52,059 nucleotides of DNA from an uncultured Bacillota bacterium. GTDB lineage: Bacteria; Bacillota; Clostridia; Peptostreptococcales; Anaerovoracaceae. This document shows positions 32,656-43,300 of this stretch, one piece after another (the stretch's first letter is position 1; every line of letters starts with the position of its first letter). The stretch spans positions 1 to 52,059 of the forward strand of contig CASESB010000082.1 in the NCBI GenBank assembly GCA_949290475.1, in the 5' to 3' direction. The notes under the pieces were generated by a model. It was not told the origin of the DNA. It saw only the letters and a program-made list of their open reading frames with translations, and did not search any database. The translations under genes were made by a program, and so were the position numbers.

Positions 32656-33975
32656 CTATCTGCGGTTTATCCTGCCGATATCATTTCTGAACTGCATGCC
32701 TTCAAAGCGTATGCGCTTTATGTTGTCGTAGGCCTTCGCTCTGGCCTCCTCGTGCGTCCTGCCCAGAGCCGTCACGCCCAGAACCCTGCCGCCGGACGTT
32801 ACCGTCGCCATGTGAGGCTCGCCGGTGCATCCCGGCTTGCCCGATCCGGCACATCCCAGCTCGGCCGTGTTTTTCCTGGCCGTGCCGGCGTGGAACACGA
32901 TCACATCGCCGTCCACCTTGTCGAGGCCGCCGATGACCTTGTTCTTCTCGTAGCTGCCCGGATAACCGCCGGACGCAGCCACGACGCATACGGCCTTCTC
33001 ATCGCTCCATTTCATCTCAACGTCGGCGAGCCTGTTTTCCGTAACAGCCACGAATATGTCGAGCAGATCGCTCTCAAGGCGCGGCAGCACAGATTGAGTC
33101 TCAGGATCCCCGAAACGGTTATTGAACTCTATGACCTTAGGGCCTTCGTCAGTAAGCATCAGCCCGATGAACAGCACGCCCTTGAAATCGAGTCCGTCCT
33201 CCTGAAAACCCTTCAGCGTAGGATCGAGAATGCGTTCCCTGATCTGAGCCTCCAGCTCAGGCGTGAACAGCAGGCTCGGCGAATACGTTCCCATACCGCC
33301 GGTATTCGGCCCCTTGTCACCGTCAAATATCCTCTTATAGTCCTGCGCCGATTCCATCGGCACGATGGTGTTTTCATCCACGAAGCAGAGCATCGACGCT
33401 TCAACGCCCGTGAGGAATTCCTCCACGACAACCTTGTCTCCGGCCGCTCCGAACACCTTCTCGCCCATCATCTCCTCGATGGCGGCTCTGGCATCGGCTT
33501 CATTCTCGGCAATGACCACGCCTTTGCCGGCTGCCAGGCCGTCCGCCTTGAGCACCATAGGATACCCGTACAACCCTACGGAGGCGAGCAGCTCGTCTTT
33601 ATCCGTAAATTCGCGATATCCTGCCGTCGGTATTCCGTGGCGGCCAAGGAAAGCCTTTGTAAAGGATTTGCTGGCCTCAAGCTGCGAGCATTTCCTGTTC
33701 GGTCCGAACGTCTTCACGCCGCGCTTTTCGAGCTCGTCCACGATACCCATGGCCAGCGGCACCTCCGGTCCTATGACCGCCAGATCCACATCGCTGTCGG
33801 CGGCAAAGGCGCAGATCCCGTCTATATCCTCGGCACTTATGTTTACGCACTCGGCGACAGCTTCTATGCCGGCGTTGCCCGGTGCGCAGTATATCTTTTC
33901 AGCTTTGGGGCTCTGAGCCAGCTTCCAGCATATGGCATGCTCTCTGCCGCCCCCGCCTACGACTAATATCTTCAT
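32656..33975 (-). CDS. purD: Phosphoribosylamine--glycine ligase
   Basis: GGGGREHA, KADGLAAGKGV, DKGPNTGGMG, EFNNRFGDPE. Confidence 0.97.
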   Translation of the reverse strand: MKILVVGGGGREHAICWKLAQSPKAEKIYCAPGNAGIEAVAECVNISAEDIDGICAFAADSDVDLAVIGPEVPLAMGIVDELEKRGVKTFGPNRKCSQLEASKSFTKAFLGRHGIPTAGYREFTDKDELLASVGLYGYPMVLKADGLAAGKGVVIAENEADARAAIEEMMGEKVFGAAGDKVVVEEFLTGVEASMLCFVDENTIVPMESAQDYKRIFDGDKGPNTGGMGTYSPSLLFTPELEAQIRERILDPTLKGFQEDGLDFKGVLFIGLMLTDEGPKVIEFNNRFGDPETQSVLPRLESDLLDIFVAVTENRLADVEMKWSDEKAVCVVAASGGYPGSYEKNKVIGGLDKVDGDVIVFHAGTARKNTAELGCAGSGKPGCTGEPHMATVTSGGRVLGVTALGRTHEEARAKAYDNIKRIRFEGMQFRNDIGRINRR

Positions 33976-33995
33976 CTTCCGAATCCTCCCGAAAA

Positions 33996-35174
33996 TCAGT
34001 GATGGAACAGTCTCATTCCGGAGAAGTACATCACTATACCGTATTCATTGCAGGCCTCGACCACGAGATCGTCTCTCACCGAGCCTCCCGGCTGCGCTAT
34101 ATATCTCACGCCGCTGCGGTAAGCGCGCTGAACATTGTCGCTGAACGGGAAGAAAGCGTCCGATCCGAGAGCCACGCCGTCCATCTTGTCGAGCCACGCT
34201 CTCTTTTCCTCTCTCGTCAGCGCCTCAGGCTTCCTGGTAAAGAACTGCTGCCACTGTCCCTCAGCCAGCACGTCCATATAGTCCTCGCCGATGTAAACGT
34301 CTATCGCGTTATCTCTGTTAGGCTTGCCGATGTCGTCTCTGAACGGCAGCTCCAGCACCTTCGGATACTGTCTCAGGAACCAGTTGTCGGCCTTGCCTCC
34401 CGCCAGTCTCGTGCAGTGTATCCTCGACTGCTGACCCGCTCCTATGCCGATGGCCTGTCCGCCCTTGACATAGCATACGGAATTCGACTGCGTGTATTTG
34501 AGCGTTATCAGCGCGATGATGAGATCACGCTTCGCATCGGCGGATATATCCTTCTTCTCGGTAACGATGTCGCCCAGGAAGTCGTCGTTGATAGGCATTT
34601 CGTTCCTGCCCTGCTCGAAGGTGATGCCGAAGATCTGCTTCCTTTCGACAGGATCAGGTCTGTATGACGGGTCTATCTTGATGACGTTGTAGTTGCCCTT
34701 TTTCTTGCTCTTCAGTATTTCGAGAGCTTCAGGCTCATAGCCCGGCGCGATGATGCCGTCCGAAACCTCGTGCTTTATGATCCTGGCCGTAGCCGCATCG
34801 CAGGTGTCGGAAAGGGAGATGAAATCTCCAAACGACGACATCCTGTCAGCTCCTCTGGCTCTGGCATATGCGCACGCCAGCGGAGACATGTCCTGCTGAT
34901 CCTCGACCCAGTAGATCTTCTTTTCCACATCGGAAAGAGGCAGGCCTACGGCGGCTCCCGCAGGAGAAACGTGCTTGAACGAGGTAGCGGCAGGAAGTCC
35001 GGTCGCTTCCTTCAGCTCCTTGACGAGCTGCCAGCCGTTGAAGGCATCCATGAAGTTTATTTATCCCGGCTTGCCGTTGAGCACCTCGATAGGCAGATCG
35101 CTGCCGTCAGCCATGAATATGCGCGACGGTTTCTGATTCGGATTGCATCCGTATTTTAATTCGAGTTCTTTCAT
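33996..35174 (-). pseudogene. purH: AICAR transformylase (PurH C-terminal-type, about 392 codons) interrupted by an in-frame TAA at codon 38
   Basis: From ATG 35174 (GGAGG RBS): MKELELKYGCNPNQ...[14 protein letters not shown]..., in frame with ORF 33996-35051 ([39 protein letters not shown]). TAA at 35061-35063. May be a real nonsense allele or a sequence error. Confidence 0.8.
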
Positions 35175-35184
35175 TGTTCCTCCC

Positions 35185-35898
35185 TCACTTGTTCTTATTG
35201 ACTATACGGGTATCGTACTTACCCGTTGCGATATCTATATACCTGACGAACAGGGACACCTTGTTATCCTCGTTGAGACTGTTCCATACGCTCTCGGTGA
35301 AACCGTCTATGTCGCCCGTGATATCCACTCTGGCCGGTTCGCCCTCATAGCTCGGCAGCGGACTGCCGTCGCCTACGTACGTATGTATGAATCGCCCCTC
35401 GCCCTCCTTGCAGCCGTCATATGCGAAGGTGTTCCTGATGCAGCGTGACGGATCGCCGCCGTCGCTCTTGAGGATGGACATGGCGAAGTCGTATTTGCCG
35501 CCGCTCACATTGAGTATACCCGATATCCTCGGCGTATAGTTCGGTTCATCCGGCTCGAACTCTCTCGTCCTCAGTGCTTCCTCGAACGTCCTGCCCTGAC
35601 TCATCAGCTCGTACACCGTATCGGTCTGATCGCCGTTGGTGACTATGGTGCTGTCGCCCAGCACCCTGACCGGCGCATAGATGATGAGGCTGGGATCGCT
35701 CAGCTTGGAAACATCGAATGCTTCCGTCCTGAGGCCTTCGCCCTCTTCAACGAATATGCGGTTGCGGCTGTTGACGCTGCGGCCCATGATGAAATAAGCC
35801 GTAACGGCATACCTTCCGTCCTCGGAACGTCCGATGACGATGCCGCGTCCCGGATATGTGTTTTCCTTAAGCAGTGTCGACAGTGATCTCTTTTTCAT
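35185..35898 (-). CDS. IMP cyclohydrolase (PurO-like stand-alone enzyme)
   Basis: YPGRG, YFIMGRSVNSRNR, DPSLIIY, TNGDQTD, EPDEPNYTPRISG; inside the pur operon. Confidence 0.85.
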   Translation of the reverse strand: MKKRSLSTLLKENTYPGRGIVIGRSEDGRYAVTAYFIMGRSVNSRNRIFVEEGEGLRTEAFDVSKLSDPSLIIYAPVRVLGDSTIVTNGDQTDTVYELMSQGRTFEEALRTREFEPDEPNYTPRISGILNVSGGKYDFAMSILKSDGGDPSRCIRNTFAYDGCKEGEGRFIHTYVGDGSPLPSYEGEPARVDITGDIDGFTESVWNSLNEDNKVSLFVRYIDIATGKYDTRIVNKNK

Positions 35899-35901
35899 AT
35901 C

Positions 35902-37320
35902 TTACTCCCTTCCATCCCAGCAATAGGTGCAGAGCTTGCACTTATCCACGCCTATGGCCTCGATCGTGTCCTCCAGATCCTGAAATCTCAGGCTGTCGAA
36001 CTTGAGACGTTTTCTTATCTCATCCACCATGGCCTTATGCTTATCCGTGCTGCCGTCGGCGTATTCCGCCAGCAGCTCCGACGATATCTCATCGGCCTCT
36101 ATACCTTCAAGGTCCCTGATCACGCGTCGCGTTATCAGCTCCAGATCGCTGACCGATCTCGAAAAGTTAAGGAATTTACAGCCGTACATTATCGGCGGAC
36201 ATGCCGATCTGACGTGTATCTCCTTGGCGCCGTTCTCGATCAGATAGCTGACCGTCTGCGACAGCTGCGTTCCTCTGACTATCGAATCGTCTATGAGCAC
36301 GAACTTCTTATCCTTGATGATCTGAAAAACAGGCACCAGCTTCATCTTGGCTATCCTGTTCCTGGCCTTCTGGTTCTGAGGCATGAAGCTCCTCGGCCAG
36401 GTAGGCGTATATTTGATGAGAGGTCTGGAGTACGGCACGCGCGACTGATTGGCGTATCCGAGCGCATGAGCCGTGCCGCTGTCGGGCACTCCGGCCACGT
36501 AATCTACATCGAGATCGCCGTCCTTCTGCGCCAGCAGTTCGCCGTTGCGGTTTCTCATCAGCTCAACGTTGCGGCCTTCGTATATCGACGTCGTATATCC
36601 GAAATACGTCCACAGAAAGGCGCAGATCTTCATCTCGCTTTGCGGATCGGCCACCGTCTTCTCGCCGTCGGCAGTGATGAACGCCACCTCTGCCGGTCCC
36701 AGCTCCCTCTTGTATCTGTATCCGACGTTTATGAAGGCGAAGGACTCGGAAGCAGCGCAGTACGCTCCGTCCTTCTCTCCTATTATCAGCGGCGTTCTGC
36801 CGTACTTGTCTCTGGCGGCGTAAAGGCCTTCCTCCGTCAGTATGAGCATGGTCATGGAACCGTCTATCTTCGCCTGGGCTATCCTGATGCCGTCCACGAT
36901 ATCCTTGCCCGTGGATACGAGCGCCGCCACCAGCTCAGTATTGTTGATGCCGCCGTTGCTCATGGACATGAACTGTCCGGCTCTGTCCTTAAGCAGCTCG
37001 TCTACAAGCTCCTCCTTGTTGTTTATGCGCCCTACCGTGGTGATCGCGTAATCGCCCTGTCTGCTCTTCACGGTCAGCGGCTGCGGATCGCCGTCGCTTA
37101 TGGAGCCTATGCCCATCAGGCCGCTCATTTCCTCCAGGTCTTCCTCGAATTTGCTCCTGAAGGGCGAATTTTCTATATTGTGTATCGAGCGGTTGAAGCC
37201 GTTTTCACCCATCACGCACATACCGCCGTTCTTTGTCCCCAGATGCGAATGGTAGTCAGTTCCGAAGAACAGATCCATGACGCAGTCCTGCCTGGAGACA
37301 AAACCTATAACTCCACCCAT
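35902..37320 (-). CDS. purF: Amidophosphoribosyltransferase, variant without the N-terminal Cys
   Basis: GVPDSG, PRPP-binding LIDDSIVRGT, ACPP, C-terminal CTYC; begins MGGVIG. Confidence 0.9.
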   Translation of the reverse strand: MGGVIGFVSRQDCVMDLFFGTDYHSHLGTKNGGMCVMGENGFNRSIHNIENSPFRSKFEEDLEEMSGLMGIGSISDGDPQPLTVKSRQGDYAITTVGRINNKEELVDELLKDRAGQFMSMSNGGINNTELVAALVSTGKDIVDGIRIAQAKIDGSMTMLILTEEGLYAARDKYGRTPLIIGEKDGAYCAASESFAFINVGYRYKRELGPAEVAFITADGEKTVADPQSEMKICAFLWTYFGYTTSIYEGRNVELMRNRNGELLAQKDGDLDVDYVAGVPDSGTAHALGYANQSRVPYSRPLIKYTPTWPRSFMPQNQKARNRIAKMKLVPVFQIIKDKKFVLIDDSIVRGTQLSQTVSYLIENGAKEIHVRSACPPIMYGCKFLNFSRSVSDLELITRRVIRDLEGIEADEISSELLAEYADGSTDKHKAMVDEIRKRLKFDSLRFQDLEDTIEAIGVDKCKLCTYCWDGRE

Positions 37321-37910
37321 TATCTATCTCCTTCTTTCAAGTCGTCTATTGCTCTCTTCAGCCCTCTGGCCAGTATCTCGTGCTCTACCTCCAGCACGCG
37401 CGCCGCCAGCGTATCAGGCGTATCGCCGTCCAGCACCGGCACCTTTTCCTGGATGATGATCCTGCCGGTGTCGACTCCCTCGTCGACGTAGTGCACCGTC
37501 GCGCCGCTCTCCTTTTCTCCGGCTTCCAGCACGGCCCTGTGAACTCTCTTGCCGTAAAATCCCTTGCCGCAGAATTTCGGAATCAGCGAAGGATGTATGT
37601 TTATTATCCTGTCTCTGTAGGCCGCTATGACCTCAGGCGAAAGCACCTTCATATATCCGGCCAGCACTACTATCTCAGCGCCGGACTCTTTGAGCTCTCT
37701 CAGCACGTCCTGCTGTTCCTTAGCCACAGCCGTGGCGATACCGGCTCGCCCGGCTCTTTCCAGGGCAAAGGCGTCCTCTCTGCTCGATATCACTCTGACT
37801 ATCTCCACATTGTCCAGCTCTCCGCCGGCCACCTTGTCTATCAGCGCCTGGAGATTCGTTCCGCCGCCCGAGACCAGGACGGCTACCTTTGTCTTACCCT
37901 CAGCCATCAC
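37320..37910 (-). CDS. purN: Phosphoribosylglycinamide formyltransferase
   Basis: [33 protein letters not shown]. Confidence 0.96.
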   Translation of the reverse strand: MMAEGKTKVAVLVSGGGTNLQALIDKVAGGELDNVEIVRVISSREDAFALERAGRAGIATAVAKEQQDVLRELKESGAEIVVLAGYMKVLSPEVIAAYRDRIINIHPSLIPKFCGKGFYGKRVHRAVLEAGEKESGATVHYVDEGVDTGRIIIQEKVPVLDGDTPDTLAARVLEVEHEILARGLKRAIDDLKEGDR

Positions 37911-38968
37911 TTCACCGCCTCTTCATCGTATCTGATATCGACGCTCTCTCCGGTCTTCTCCGTGATCTCTCCGATGATATATGCCTTCTCTCCGGCTGCC
38001 TCCAGAGCCGCTACGACTCCGGCTGCGTCCGCTGCGTCCACCACCATCATCATACCTATACCCATATTGAAGGTGGAGAACATCTCTCTCCTGTCTATGT
38101 TGCCGCACTTCTTGATGTACGGGAATATCGGCGGCACTTCCCAGGATCCTACATCTATGGCCGCCGCCGTTCCCTCGGGAAGTATCCTTGGTATATTCTC
38201 ATAAAACCCGCCGCCCGTTATGTGCACGATGCCTCTGACATCGAATTTCGGCAGCACCGCGCCGCAGGCGTTGGCGTATATCCTCGTCGGCGTCAGCAGC
38301 GCCTCTCCCAGCGTCTGCCCCAGCTCGTCAACGTGATCCGTGACGCTCATGCCCATCTTATCGAAGAACACCTTTCTCACGAGCGAATAACCGTTGCTGT
38401 GTATGCCGCTCGAAGGGATGCCGACGATCTTGTCGCCCTTCCTGATCTTCTCGCCTGTTATTATCCTCTTCTTATCGACGATGCCGACGGAAAATCCCGC
38501 CATGTCGTATTCTCCATCGCCGTAAAAATCCGGCATCTCGGCCGTCTCTCCCCCTACGAGGGCGCTGCCGGACTGGCTGCAGCCGTCCGCTATGCCCTTG
38601 ACGATGTCGGCGATCTTCTCAGCCTTCACCCTGCCTGTAGCTATATAGTCCAGGAAAAACAGCGGCTTTGCGCCCTGACACAGCACGTCGTTGACGCACA
38701 TGGCTACGCAGTCTATGCCCACGGTGTCGTGCTTATCCATCATGAACGCTATCTTCAGCTTCGTTCCCACGCCGTCGGTGCCGGACACCAGCACCGGCTG
38801 CTCCATATCCTTCACGTCGAGGCTGAATAGGCTGCCGAAGCTGCCCAGGCCAGTAAGCACGTTTTCGTTGAACGTCTTCTTCACGTGCTCCTTCATCAGT
38901 GAAACGGCACGCTCGCCTTCCTTCGTATCCACACCGGCATCTTTGTATGTGAGCTTCTTTTCTTCCAT
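37907..38968 (-). CDS. purM: AIR synthetase
   Basis: [45 protein letters not shown]. Confidence 0.98.
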   Translation of the reverse strand: MEEKKLTYKDAGVDTKEGERAVSLMKEHVKKTFNENVLTGLGSFGSLFSLDVKDMEQPVLVSGTDGVGTKLKIAFMMDKHDTVGIDCVAMCVNDVLCQGAKPLFFLDYIATGRVKAEKIADIVKGIADGCSQSGSALVGGETAEMPDFYGDGEYDMAGFSVGIVDKKRIITGEKIRKGDKIVGIPSSGIHSNGYSLVRKVFFDKMGMSVTDHVDELGQTLGEALLTPTRIYANACGAVLPKFDVRGIVHITGGGFYENIPRILPEGTAAAIDVGSWEVPPIFPYIKKCGNIDRREMFSTFNMGIGMMMVVDAADAAGVVAALEAAGEKAYIIGEITEKTGESVDIRYDEEAVK

Positions 38969-38990
38969 CGCTTTCCTCCGTATCAGCAGG

Positions 38991-39698
38991 TTAATCGTTC
39001 TTCACTCTTCGCAGCACCTCGGCGTACGTTTCCTCTATCTTGCCCAGGTCTCTTCTGAATCTGTCCTTATCCATCTTCTCGTTCGTCTTCACATCCCAGA
39101 GTCTGCACGTGTCAGGTGAGATCTCGTCAGCGAGGATGACCTGTCCGTCGTAAAGCCCGAACTCTATCTTGAAGTCCACCAGCTTCAATCCCTTGTCGAG
39201 GAAAAATTCCTTAAGCGTGTCGTTGACGATGGCCGCGTACTTTCTCACTTCCTTCAGTTGCTCCTTCGTCACCAGCTTGAGAGCCAGCGCATGTGACTCA
39301 CACATGAGCGGATCGCCCAGATCGTCGTTCTTGTACGAGAGCTCGAACGTCGGCTCATCGAATACGATGCCCTCCTCTACTCCGTACCTCTTGGCAAACG
39401 AGCCGGCCGAAATGTTTCTCATGATGACCTCGAGAGGCAGGATCTTCACGGCCTTAACCACCGTCTCCCTGTCGCTCAGCTGTTCGATGTAATGCGTCGG
39501 CACGCCCTTCTGCTCCAGAAGCTGGAATATGATGTTCGACATGGTGTTGTTGACAACGCCCTTGCCTACGATCTGACCTTTCTTCTCGCCGTTAAACGCC
39601 GTCGCATCGTCCTTGTAATCGACGATCAGACATTTCGGATCATCCGTCTTGTATACCTTCTTAGCCTTTCCCTCGTAAAGCTGCTCAAGTTTTTTCAT
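38991..39698 (-). CDS. purC: SAICAR synthetase
   Basis: [38 protein letters not shown]. Confidence 0.98.
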   Translation of the reverse strand: MKKLEQLYEGKAKKVYKTDDPKCLIVDYKDDATAFNGEKKGQIVGKGVVNNTMSNIIFQLLEQKGVPTHYIEQLSDRETVVKAVKILPLEVIMRNISAGSFAKRYGVEEGIVFDEPTFELSYKNDDLGDPLMCESHALALKLVTKEQLKEVRKYAAIVNDTLKEFFLDKGLKLVDFKIEFGLYDGQVILADEISPDTCRLWDVKTNEKMDKDRFRRDLGKIEETYAEVLRRVKND

Positions 39699-39765
39699 TT
39701 GCTGATACCTCCTGTTTCTCAGTTCGTTTATCTGTTTTTTCGGCTGCGCACCATATCGCGCCGCG

Positions 39766-40260
39766 CTATATGCTGTCCTTGTTCTCGTTGAATTCCCTGT
39801 CCAGAGCCACTATTTCCTCTTCCTGCTGCTTCTTGAAATCCTTTACGGCCTGCCTCAGCCCCGCATCGGCAGTGCTGAGTATCTGCACGGCCAGCAGCGC
39901 TGCGTTTTCCGCGCCGTCTATGGCCACCGTCGCTACGGGAACGCCCTTCGGCATCTGCACTACCGAGAGGAGCGAATCAAGTCCGTCCATCGTGCTGGAC
40001 TTCATCGGCAGTCCTATGACCGGAAGCGGCGTCGTCGCCGCCAGCACTCCCGCCAGATGAGCCGCCTTGCCGGCAGCCGCTATGATGCAGCCGAAGCCGT
40101 TCGCTTCCGCACCCTCCGCAAAGGCTTCCGCCTGCTTAGGCGTTCTGTGAGCCGAAATGATCCTCGTCTCGTACTCCACGCCGAATTTTTCCAGCATTTT
40201 TTCCGCTTTCTGGACAACCGGGTAATCGGATTTACTGCCCATGACTATCGCTACTTTCAT
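39766..40260 (-). CDS. purE: N5-CAIR mutase / AIR carboxylase catalytic subunit
   Basis: [32 protein letters not shown]. Confidence 0.97.
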   Translation of the reverse strand: MKVAIVMGSKSDYPVVQKAEKMLEKFGVEYETRIISAHRTPKQAEAFAEGAEANGFGCIIAAAGKAAHLAGVLAATTPLPVIGLPMKSSTMDGLDSLLSVVQMPKGVPVATVAIDGAENAALLAVQILSTADAGLRQAVKDFKKQQEEEIVALDREFNENKDSI

Positions 40261-40345
40261 GTCTATGTCCTTTCCTCCCCGGCTGTGCGCCGCGGGATGT
40301 TCATATGTTCATATTTTATTTGAGCTTACGCAGGCGTTTCGCCTG

Positions 40346-43300
40346 TTATTTGAAGTATTTCACTCCTGATTCAAAGATCTTCTGATCCTTATCGCCCAGC
40401 ACGTTCTTATAGAGATCGTGGCCGATTCTCTCCGAATGACCCATCTTGCCCAGCACTCTTCCGTCAGGCGAGGTTATGCCCTCGATGGCCATCACCGAGC
40501 CGTTCGGGTTGAAGGCTATATCCATCGACGGATTGCCGTCGAAGTCCACATACTGAGTGGCTATCTGTCCGTTGGCCTTGAGTCTTTCCAATACGTCCTC
40601 GCTCGCTATGAAGCGGCCTTCGCCGTGCGAAACAGGGATCGTGAAGACATCCCCCACGTTGACTCCCGCCAGCCACGGTGACTTGACGGAGGTGATGCCC
40701 GTCCTCACGAGGCATGAAGCGTGTCGCCCGATCCTGTTGTACGTGAGCGTCGGGCTGTCCTCGGTGCCGTCCACTATCCTGCCCTCAGGCACAAGACCCA
40801 GCTTTATGAGCGCCTGGAAGCCGTTGCAGATGCCGAGCATGAGCCCGTCTCTGTTTTCCAGCAGATCCGCCACCGCATCGCGTATGCCCGGGTTCCTGAA
40901 CACGGCCGTTATGAACTTGGCCGAGCCGTCCGGCTCGTCTCCTCCGGAAAACCCGCCCGGGATCATGATGATCTGGCTGGTCCTGATCTTGCGCTCCAGC
41001 TCTTTTATGGAATCCTCAAGCTGAGCTGTCGTCAGATTTCTGATGATATGAATGTCCGCTTCAGCGCCCGCTTTCCTGAAGGCTCTGGCCGAATCGACTT
41101 CACAGTTCGTTCCCGGGAAGGCCGGGATCACTACTCTAGGTCTGGCTATCTTCACGGCCGGCCCCGTCGTATTGCGTATGGCATATACAGGCTGCTCCAC
41201 AGCCGTGTTGTCTTCAGCGTATCTGAACTCCGGCGTCCTTACCGGGAATACGCCCTCCAGCGTATCGCTCCACTGTGCCGTCAGCTCCTTGATGTCCTCA
41301 GCCTCGCCGTTGATGGTGATGTTCCTGTCGGCCGTAGTCGTGCCCAGCACGGTATATACCGCGCCCGCCAGCAGACTGTCGACATCCTCGGCTCCCGGGA
41401 TCTCCAGCACCAGCGAACCGTACATCGGCGAAAGTATGTCGCCCTCAGCCTTTATGTCCGCGCCGATCCTGTTTCCGGCCGCCATCCTGACCATCGTCAT
41501 GTAAAGTCCGCCCCTGCCGATCGTATCGGCGGCCAGCACCTTACCGGCAGCCGCCAGCTCTCTCACCTTACGCAGATTGTTTCTGTATATATCAAAATCT
41601 ATGACGCCGTCTCTGGCTATCGGGGTCGTCACCGCCACCAGCTTGCTCCCGGCGAATTTGAACTCCGTGGATATCACGTCGCCTGCATCCATGGCTGTGA
41701 TAGCAAATGACGCCAGTGTCGGCGGCACGTCTATATCCATAAAGGTGCCGGACATGCTGTCCTTGCCGCCTATAGCCGGTATCTCCAGCTCCTTCTGCAC
41801 TCTGAGCGCTCCGAGCAGGGCTGCCATCGGCTTGCCCCACCTGGCCGGATCTTCTCCCAGCTTCTCAAAATACTCCTGGAACGTAAGTCTTATCCTGCTG
41901 TAGTCTCCGCCCATGGCGACGATTTTAGTCACCGAATCGACTACCGCGTAGAGCGCGCCGTGGAACGGGCTCTTGACCGCCAGCTCAGGATCGAAGCCGT
42001 AGCTCATCACCGTCGCCGTATCCGTCTCGCCCTCCGTCACCGGCAGCTTGGCCGCCATACCGGCGGCAGGTGACAGCTGGTATCTGCCTCCCAGAGGCAT
42101 CAGCACCGTTGCCGCCCCTATCGTGCTGTCGAACATCTCGATCAGACCCTTCTTGCTGCAGCAGTTGAGGTCCGTAAGCAGCTCTTCCTTCGTCTTCGTT
42201 TCCTTCAGGATATCGGAGAGATCTCCGCCGATGCCCGTCACGAACTGCGGATCGGCCGCGAAGGCGCTGGCAAACTGCTGCGCGCCGTTCGTATTGAGGA
42301 AATCTCTGGAAAGATCGAGTATACACTTCTCTCTCCAGTACATCCTCACCCTGTTCGTATCCGTGACCTGCGCCACCGTCGTCGCCTCCAGGTTCTCCTC
42401 GTCGGCGTAGGCGATGAATTTCTCCTCGTCGGCAGCATCCACTACGACCGCCATCCTCTCCTGCGATTCCGATATGGCCAGCTCCGTACCGTCCAGCCCC
42501 TCGTACTTCTTAGGCACGAGGTCGAGGTTTATCTCCAGCCCGTCGGCCAGCTTTCCGATAGCCACGGAAACGCCGCCGGCACCGAAGTCGTTGCATCGCT
42601 TGATGAGCGTGGCGACCTCTTTTCTCCTGAAAAGCCTCTGTATATTTCTCTCCACCGGCGGATTACCCTTCTGCACCTCGGCTCCGCACTGGAGTATGGA
42701 TTCCTCCGTATGCTCCTTTGATGATCCCGTCGCGCCGCCGCAGCCGTCGCGTCCGGTCCTGCCGCCCACGAGAATGATGACGTCTCCCTTCTGAGGCGTC
42801 TTCCTTATGACGTGATCAGCCGGCGCCGCTCCGACTACCGCTCCGATCTCCATTCTCTTGGCAACGTAATCATCGTGATATACCTCGTTTACCAGGCCCG
42901 TAGCCAGGCCGATCTGATTGCCGTAAGAACTGTAGCCGTGAGCCGCTTCACGCGTGATCTTCCTCTGCGGCAGCTTGCCGCTGAGCGTTTCGCTTACCGG
43001 GCGTCTCGGATCGGCCGCTCCCGTCACTCTCATAGCCTGATATACGTACACCCTGCCCGAAAGCGGATCTCTTATAGCTCCGCCCAGACACGTCGCCGCG
43101 CCTCCGAACGGCTCTATCTCGGTAGGGTGATTGTGCGTCTCGTTCTTGAACATCACGAGCCAGTCCTCTTCCCTGCCGTTTATCCTTGCCTTTACCTTGA
43201 TGCTGCAGGCGTTTATCTCCTCGGACTCATCAAGATCGTCGACCTTACCGTGCTTCTTCAGGTACTTGGCTCCTATGCAGGCCATGTCCATGAGGCAGAG

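Noticed and set aside
35061-35063. Genome-wide stop-codon reassignment, selenocysteine or pyrrolysine
   Set aside because: The codon is TAA, not TGA or TAG; TAA terminates several intact genes here; no other internal stops were seen.
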